Below are positions 26,344 through 32,000 of a stretch of 32,000 nt of DNA, piece after piece. This DNA comes from Candidatus Iainarchaeum sp. (GTDB taxonomy: Archaea; Iainarchaeota; Iainarchaeia; Iainarchaeales; 0-14-0-20-30-16). A program made the position numbers and the translations under genes. Position 1 is the first letter of the stretch. Each line of letters begins with the position of its first letter. Under the pieces are notes generated by a model that saw only the letters and a list, made by a program, of their open reading frames with translations, had not been told where the DNA came from and ran no database searches. The DNA lies in the NCBI GenBank assembly GCA_028710695.1, contig JAQTTP010000006.1, positions 1-32,000 on the forward strand, read 5' to 3'.

Positions 26344-28644
26344 ATGGTTGTGGCAAAAGTAAAGGAAGCAGTAAGAAGCGATGTTGGAAGAGGAATAGCA
26401 AGGCTTGGGAAAAAACTGATGAAATCCCTAAAGCTAGAAGTGGGTGACGCAATAATAATAAAAGGCAAGAAAGAGGCCTGTGCATTAGTGTGGTCTGAGC
26501 TGCCTGATGACGAAAGCATAATCAGAATGGATGGAATCTTAAGGCACAATGCAGGAACAAGCCTGGACGAGGAAGTAGAATTAAAAAAAGTGGAATTAAA
26601 AGAAGCAAAGAAGATGCTTTTAGCCCCAACTCAAGAGATAAGTTTTTCAGCTGATTTTGTAGATTATGTTAAAGAAAAAATACTTAATATGCCTTTACTT
26701 ATGGGAAATTCTTTGCTTATTAATGTGCTTGGAACCCAATTGCAGTTAATAGTTACAAAAATGGAACCCTCACCAGGAAGAATTACATGGGATACTGATT
26801 TGAAGATTGCTGACAAGCCAATGAAAGTTGCAGAAAAAACAAAAGGAATAAGATATGAAAATATTGGTGGTTTGGAGAAAGAAATTGAAGCAATAAGAGA
26901 GATGGTAGAGATACCAATGAAGAATCCAGAAGTGTTTAGAAAATTGGGAATAAGCCCGCCAAAAGGAGTTTTATTACACGGTCCTCCTGGAACTGGGAAA
27001 ACATTATTGGCTAAGGCAGTTGCAAATGAGACTGATGCACATTTCATAACTCTAAATGGTCCAGAAATAATGAGCAAATATTATGGGCAAAGTGAAGAGA
27101 ACTTGAGAAATGTTTTCAAAGAGGCAAAAGAAAATGCGCCATCAATAATTTTTATTGATGAAATTGATGCAATCGCATCAAGCAGAGAAGAAACCCACGG
27201 AGAGGTAGAGAAGAGGGTTGTTTCTCAGCTTTTAACTATGATGGACGGCTTGGAAGCAAGAGGGAATGTAATTGTAATTGCTGCAACCAACAGGCCAGAT
27301 TCTTTAGATGCTGCTTTGAGAAGACCCGGAAGGTTTGATAGAGAATTACAAATTGGAATGCCAACAAGAATTGCAAGAAAAGAAATCCTGCAAATCCATA
27401 CAAGGAACATGCCAATTACAATAAAAAAAGAAGAAATAACTTCTGACTTAATTTCAAAATTAAAAGAACTTACTAGGGATGGAAAAAAGGAACAAGATTT
27501 ATCAAAAATGATAAAAGTTTTAGAATCGGATGATAATGTAAACAAAAAAATTACTGACTTGTACAAACAAGTAGATCCAACTTTACTAAACGACTTGTTA
27601 AAGCAGAGTTTAGTTGCTTATCTTGCTGATGAATCTATTGGTTTTTCAGGGGCAGATTTAGAGGTGCTTGCAAAAGAAGCAGCAATGCGTGCTTTGAGAA
27701 GAGTAATGCCACAGATAAAACAAGCAGAAGGAAATTTGTCTAAGAAAATATTAGATGACATAATCATAACTATAGAAGACTTCTTTGAAGCATTAAAGTT
27801 TGTGGAACCGTCAGCTATGAGAGATATTTCTGTTGAGATACCTAAAGTTAGTTGGGACGATGTTGGTGGTCTTGAAGATGTAAAGGCAAAGATAAGAGAA
27901 AGCATAGAATGGCCAATGAAATATCCAGAACATTTCAAAACTGCAGGGATTTCGCCTCCACAAGGAATTATGCTTTATGGTCCACCTGGAACTGGAAAAA
28001 CATTGATAGCAAAAGCAATTGCAAATGAGGCTAAATTGAACTTCATTGTTGTAAAAGGCCCAGAACTTTTGAGTAAGTGGGTTGGAGAAAGTGAAAAAGG
28101 AATAAGAAAAATATTTAGTAGAGCAAGACATGTTGCTCCGGCAATGATTTTCTTTGATGAAATTGATGCTTTGGTTCCAACAAGAGGAAGAAGTAATAAT
28201 GATGTTTCAGATAAGTTGACTGCACAATTGCTTACAGAAATGGACGGTGTAACAAGAATACATGATATAATCATTATGGGATCTACAAATAGACTTGATT
28301 TACTAGATCCTGCTCTTTTAAGGCCCGGAAGATTTGATGTTGCCTTGTATGTTGGTCTTCCAGAAAAAGATGCAAGAAAGCAGATCCTAAAAGTTCATTC
28401 AAAAGACATGACTTTATCAAGTACAGTAAAGTTCGAAGAAGTTGCTGAGAAAACAGAAAACTATTCTGGCGCGGACTTGAGAGCGGTTTGTGTAGAGGCC
28501 GGATTGGAAGCAATAAGACGAGCAATAAAAGAGAAGAGGGATCTAAAAGAAGTTACAATGAAAGACTTCCACGAAGCAATTAAGAAAATAAAGCCAAGCG
28601 TGGATAGCGCGATAGTAGAAGGCAAAGATGTGAATGTAAGATAG
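26344..28644 (+). CDS. CDC48/VCP-family double AAA+ ATPase
   Basis: N-domain ([39 protein letters not shown]), two GPPGTGKT Walker A motifs, Walker [12 protein letters not shown] and [10 protein letters not shown], and arginine-finger/sensor regions. Extra segment in the D1 lid. Confidence 0.95.
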   Translation: MVVAKVKEAVRSDVGRGIARLGKKLMKSLKLEVGDAIIIKGKKEACALVWSELPDDESIIRMDGILRHNAGTSLDEEVELKKVELKEAKKMLLAPTQEISFSADFVDYVKEKILNMPLLMGNSLLINVLGTQLQLIVTKMEPSPGRITWDTDLKIADKPMKVAEKTKGIRYENIGGLEKEIEAIREMVEIPMKNPEVFRKLGISPPKGVLLHGPPGTGKTLLAKAVANETDAHFITLNGPEIMSKYYGQSEENLRNVFKEAKENAPSIIFIDEIDAIASSREETHGEVEKRVVSQLLTMMDGLEARGNVIVIAATNRPDSLDAALRRPGRFDRELQIGMPTRIARKEILQIHTRNMPITIKKEEITSDLISKLKELTRDGKKEQDLSKMIKVLESDDNVNKKITDLYKQVDPTLLNDLLKQSLVAYLADESIGFSGADLEVLAKEAAMRALRRVMPQIKQAEGNLSKKILDDIIITIEDFFEALKFVEPSAMRDISVEIPKVSWDDVGGLEDVKAKIRESIEWPMKYPEHFKTAGISPPQGIMLYGPPGTGKTLIAKAIANEAKLNFIVVKGPELLSKWVGESEKGIRKIFSRARHVAPAMIFFDEIDALVPTRGRSNNDVSDKLTAQLLTEMDGVTRIHDIIIMGSTNRLDLLDPALLRPGRFDVALYVGLPEKDARKQILKVHSKDMTLSSTVKFEEVAEKTENYSGADLRAVCVEAGLEAIRRAIKEKRDLKEVTMKDFHEAIKKIKPSVDSAIVEGKDVNVR

Positions 28645-28694
28645 GGGAACAAACTTTCCCCTTTGAGTTGGGGCCATGAAGGCCCGGATTTTTT
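28644..28694 (+). terminator. Tandem hairpins plus T-run after the CDC48-like gene
   Basis: GGGGAA-CAAACT-TTCCCC (28644-28661), then GGGCC-ATGAA-GGCCC (28671-28685) followed by GGATTTTTTC. Confidence 0.6.
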
Positions 28695-28734
28695 CTCTAG
28701 TAAACTATTTATATTAATTTATTCTATCTTATAA

Positions 28735-29313
28735 ATGCATAAAGTAGGACAAAAAATCAACAAATGGCGTAATCTCCATTCCTTGAAATCTCAGAAAGGT
28801 CAGGAAAGTATTGTATTTGAAGTTCTTATTGCAGTTATACTAATGACTTTTGTTTTTGTAATTGGGGGGTATGCAATGAAATCCCTAAACGAAACAAAAT
28901 GCTCAAAAGAAATAGACTTGTCTATGAGCCAACTTGCGAGCGCAATAGAAAAAGCAGGAGCAACAAGTATTGGTACATATTACTACAAATTTTCGCCATC
29001 TTCTTGTTTTAGAAATAAAGAAACAAGTTATGAACTAAAATCTGAAAGTGCAACTTTGTGTTCATCTTATTGTCCTGGAACTAATTATTGTTACCTGCTG
29101 AAATATCAAAATCAACAAGATCCAGTTAGTCCTCTTAGGTATAAATGCGTAAATATTTCGAAATACGTTGGATTAAATAATACTGGAATTTGTTCTGCAC
29201 AAGGAGATTATGATGTAATGCAAGTTAACCCAACTATTTTCCACCAGGGGGATTATTTGTTTGAATCAAAATCTTTGACAGTTCCATCAATTTGTATTTA
29301 TTATAAACAATAA
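28735..29313 (+). CDS. Membrane-anchored pilin-like protein, Cys-rich ectodomain
   Basis: SQKGQESIVFEVLIAVILMTFVFVIGGYAMKSLNETKC resembles an archaeal class III signal/pilin N-terminus, followed by a Cys-rich extracellular region. Confidence 0.6.
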   Translation: MHKVGQKINKWRNLHSLKSQKGQESIVFEVLIAVILMTFVFVIGGYAMKSLNETKCSKEIDLSMSQLASAIEKAGATSIGTYYYKFSPSSCFRNKETSYELKSESATLCSSYCPGTNYCYLLKYQNQQDPVSPLRYKCVNISKYVGLNNTGICSAQGDYDVMQVNPTIFHQGDYLFESKSLTVPSICIYYKQ

Positions 29314-29335
29314 GTGATGCCATCGCCGTGATTTT

Positions 29336-29962
29336 ATGATTGAGTTTATAATTTCCAAAATAGGTATATTGCTTTTTGCAGTGGCCGTGGCATCAGTGTT
29401 GATATTTTTTTCTTTAGGAATGAAAGATATTTTTGTTGCAGAGCAAGGCAGGGAAATTGCATCAACAATTATTAAGCAAGCAAAAGGTTTGTCGGAAACA
29501 GAGGCTTTGTGTACATCATTGAGGCTTAACTTGCCAAGATATATTGATATTTATGGGTCTACAGAAACATTTTCTTTGTCTGCATTGAATTATTTTTTTA
29601 AGATTTCAAAAGTTGATATTGGAAACGGCCAGAATTCTGTTGTATTTGGAATTTACAAAAAAAATGGAAAAAAAGTTGGAAAACTTTTTGCAGTTGATAG
29701 TTTTAATACCAACTCTCAAATAGATTTTATTGGAACTCCTGTGCCTGATGTTGACAAACCAGGTGAGACTTTAACTTGGGATCCGACCAACTCTTTGAGT
29801 AATGTAGTTTATGTTGTAAAAACAGTAATAAATGGTGAAGAAATAATCCATCTTGTTAAATGTGGGTATGACAAAAAAAGTGCAAACCCATATTCAAGTT
29901 GTTATTCTGCATTTGAAAATCTAAATATACCGGGGGTTTATTGTGTTCCAAAAGAAGATTAA
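29336..29962 (+). CDS. Membrane-anchored hypothetical protein (pilin-like cluster)
   Basis: Short N-terminus MIEFIISKIG, then hydrophobic ILLFAVAVASVLIFFSLGM and a beta-rich ectodomain ending in a Cys cluster. Confidence 0.6.
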   Translation: MIEFIISKIGILLFAVAVASVLIFFSLGMKDIFVAEQGREIASTIIKQAKGLSETEALCTSLRLNLPRYIDIYGSTETFSLSALNYFFKISKVDIGNGQNSVVFGIYKKNGKKVGKLFAVDSFNTNSQIDFIGTPVPDVDKPGETLTWDPTNSLSNVVYVVKTVINGEEIIHLVKCGYDKKSANPYSSCYSAFENLNIPGVYCVPKED

Positions 29963-30557
29963 AAAGCAAAGTAGTAAGCCCCAAAGAAAAAAGGGCTTTA
30001 TAGGAGCAATTGGTGATGATCTGCCAAGCTTGGTGCCAATATTTTTCTCTTTATTGATTTTTTTTGGAACTCTTTCATTTGTGTTTGTTACTCTTGGTGA
30101 CAGAAATGCATATCTAGAAAAATATTTTGAGTCAATATCTGTTTCAAAAGAAATATTGGGAAGTAGTTTTTATTCTGGATATACAGATTTTGATATGAGA
30201 GTTAAAGGGGTAAACACAACAGAGAAATATGCTGTTGGATTAATTTATAATCCAGAACTTTTAGGAAACAATATTTTTGATAAAGATTATTTTATTCAAA
30301 GTTTTGATAATCTTGGTATAGAAGAATTCCAGATTCCAATAGATGATGTTGATTTTTTTTGTACTGTTGATGACAGTATTTGTAATTCTAATTCTGACAA
30401 AAATTATTTTGTATTTTCTAACGACCCAGATTTTGAAAATTCAATAGAACTGGACATTATTTTTAAAAACAACCAACCTCTAACCTATCTTTACCCAGTT
30501 ACTTTGTCAACAAGTAAAGGGGTATTTGGGGTATATCTATATTTAATTGTGTGGTAA
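29943..30557 (+). CDS. Membrane-anchored hypothetical protein (pilin-like cluster)
   Basis: QRKKGFIGAIGDDLPSLVPIFFSLLIFFGTLSFVFVTLG, then an ectodomain with a CTVDDSIC motif. GTG start overlapping the previous gene by 20 nt. Confidence 0.55.
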   Translation: MFQKKIKKQSSKPQRKKGFIGAIGDDLPSLVPIFFSLLIFFGTLSFVFVTLGDRNAYLEKYFESISVSKEILGSSFYSGYTDFDMRVKGVNTTEKYAVGLIYNPELLGNNIFDKDYFIQSFDNLGIEEFQIPIDDVDFFCTVDDSICNSNSDKNYFVFSNDPDFENSIELDIIFKNNQPLTYLYPVTLSTSKGVFGVYLYLIVW

Positions 30558-31324
30558 ATATGAAGTCGAGAAAAATGAATCAGAGGGGCCAAGCAGCAGT
30601 TACTGATGCCTTATTTTTCTTGACTATAGTGGCAGTTGTTAGTGTACTGATGTTTACAAATGCAATGGGCTATGGAAAGAATCTAATTGATAGTAGTGTT
30701 GAGTATTACGAAAATACTTACATAATTTCTGCATTAAAAACTTTGTATGCAGTAAGTAGTCCATTAGAATTAGATAAATATAGTGTTTTTGAAAGCAACT
30801 ATAATGATACTTTGTTTACAATGTTAAAAAAAGATTATTATCTTGACACAGTTTTGTCAAATGAAATGAAAATAAAAGTAATGGAATCTTTAAAAGAAAT
30901 AATGAAACCAATAAACAAAAACAAAAATTATCTTTTCTATATTTATAACCCCAAAAATCAAGCAGGAGTTGGAGAGATTGTTCTTGCTGGATTTGTAATA
31001 ACTCAAGAAGAGAGTGATGAAAAAATAACTTATATTTGTGGAAAATCTTTAGACCCACAAATAAATAATATCTCTTTAGATGATATTTCATATTACCTTT
31101 CAAGGCACTTATTAGGGCAGAGATTTGCAGAAGGAAGAATGAGTTTATTAGAAAAACAAGGTGCGGATTCAACTCTTGTTATAGTAAATACAGGGCTTCT
31201 TGTTTGGACTGCAACCCCTGACATAGATAAATATGGTGACTTTGTAGATCCCGGAACAGAATTTTTGAAAACAAACTGTTGTGTTTATACTCCTGGAACT
31301 TTATCTTGTCAGGTGAATCCGTAA
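30551..31324 (+). CDS. Membrane-anchored hypothetical protein (pilin-like cluster)
   Basis: MNQRGQAAVTDALFFLTIVAVVSVLMFTNAMGYG shows an RGQ-AAVxD class III signal-like motif plus hydrophobic stretch; ectodomain ends in a Cys-containing tail. Actual start may be the internal ATG of MKSRKMNQ. Confidence 0.65.
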   Translation: MVNMKSRKMNQRGQAAVTDALFFLTIVAVVSVLMFTNAMGYGKNLIDSSVEYYENTYIISALKTLYAVSSPLELDKYSVFESNYNDTLFTMLKKDYYLDTVLSNEMKIKVMESLKEIMKPINKNKNYLFYIYNPKNQAGVGEIVLAGFVITQEESDEKITYICGKSLDPQINNISLDDISYYLSRHLLGQRFAEGRMSLLEKQGADSTLVIVNTGLLVWTATPDIDKYGDFVDPGTEFLKTNCCVYTPGTLSCQVNP

Positions 31325-31390
31325 TCTTATAGGAATCAAAAACTAGTCCTGATTTTCTTTGTGTGGGTTTAATTTGTCTTTTTCCTTGGC

Positions 31391-32000
31391 TTATTTTTTG
31401 TCTGATTCTTTTTTCTCTTCCTTCTTTTTTGGTGGCTCCAAATCCAAATTTAGATTTAGATCTAAATCGCCTAAATCATTATCAGAAATCTTTTTGTCTA
31501 AATTAAAATTAGGTAAATCCATGTTTAGATCAAATGGGTTTGTTTCTTCTTTCTTTTCTTCCTTTTTAGTGTCCTTTTCTGCTGGCTTGTCTTCTCCAGT
31601 GCCTTGTATTTTCTTGATTTCTTCATCTCTTGTAAGCTGAGTAAAAATATTATCTACAATTTGGTTTATTTCTCCTCTTTGGTTTGGCTCTCTGTTGTGT
31701 CTATCTCTGAACCGTTCTACTTCGACTTCTGTTATTTTTTCGATTTCTTCCTTTGGCTTATTCAAATCAGTTTTCTCTTTTACTTGGCTGTAAATTACAT
31801 CTATAATATTATCACGTAATTCTCTTGGAGTTTCTAGTTCTTCATCAGTATTTGGTTTGCCTTTTAATTCTTTAAGCCTTTCTCTGTAATGCCTTGAGCT
31901 TGGATCTGTTTCAGTGGCTTGGCTTTGTTCTTTGTCTTGGGGTTCACCAGGCCTATAAAATCTTCGTAATCTTCTTGGTATTTCAGAAACATCTTTATCT
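31391..32000 (-). CDS. Highly charged hypothetical protein (5' end beyond window)
   Basis: The frame stays open from the stop near 31391 to the window edge (...DKDVSEIPRRLRRFYRPGEPQDKEQSQATETDPSSRHYRERLKELKGKPNTDEELETPRELRDNIIDVIYSQVKEKTD-LNKPKEEIEKI...). The ORF track shows only the part after an internal TTG. Confidence 0.6.
   Translation of the reverse strand, partial: DKDVSEIPRRLRRFYRPGEPQDKEQSQATETDPSSRHYRERLKELKGKPNTDEELETPRELRDNIIDVIYSQVKEKTDLNKPKEEIEKITEVEVERFRDRHNREPNQRGEINQIVDNIFTQLTRDEEIKKIQGTGEDKPAEKDTKKEEKKEETNPFDLNMDLPNFNLDKKISDNDLGDLDLNLNLDLEPPKKKEEKKESDKK

Noticed and set aside
26664-28652. Multiple minus-strand ORFs (up to 137 aa) in the CDC48-like gene
   Set aside because: Antisense to strongly conserved AAA+ domains; no domain of their own.
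31359-31640. Plus-strand 93-aa Ser/Phe-rich ORF
   Set aside because: It mirrors the Glu/Lys-rich charged minus-strand gene that stays open to the window edge. The Ser/Phe richness is the complement of GAA/AAA codons.
1-32000. CRISPR array, transposon, integron or rRNA
   Set aside because: Reading through the window showed no regularly spaced direct repeats, no transposase/integrase motifs and no rRNA signature. A program scan (minced, ISEScan, Infernal) should confirm.

Overview
This AT-rich, densely packed archaeal window is probably from a DPANN-like lineage, though taxonomy cannot be proven from sequence alone. From left to right it contains: (i) the start of a bacterial-type aspartyl-tRNA synthetase and a tRNA-His(GTG); (ii) an ABC-2 exporter trio (COG4586/4587/3694-like) overlapping a methyltransferase that strongly resembles the eukaryotic ribosome-biogenesis enzyme Bud23; (iii) a DUF1328-like small membrane protein; (iv) a transport and regulation island of about 8 kb. 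In that island three paralogous TrmB-like regulators each sit head-to-head with a different transporter or receptor gene (NitT/TauT-type importer, LivK-like receptor, SSS symporter). The three divergent spacers share a GGTGGKAA-like word just upstream of TATA-like sequence. Next come (v) a TIM-barrel protein, a conserved hypothetical with kinase-like motifs and a large surface protein; (vi) both subunits of D-family DNA polymerase, followed on the same strand by a FecR-domain protein, a CHASE2-class III nucleotide cyclase, and an Ogg2-type DNA glycosylase; (vii) a 54-aa conserved small protein, cysS, and a CDC48-like double AAA+ ATPase with a large D1-lid insertion; (viii) four same-strand membrane-anchored, cysteine-containing pilin-like proteins. 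The most interesting leads are the three-fold TrmB/transporter architecture with candidate shared operators, the archaeal FecR/CHASE2-cyclase signalling pair, and the Bud23-like enzyme coupled to an exporter. No CRISPR array, transposase or rRNA was recognised.
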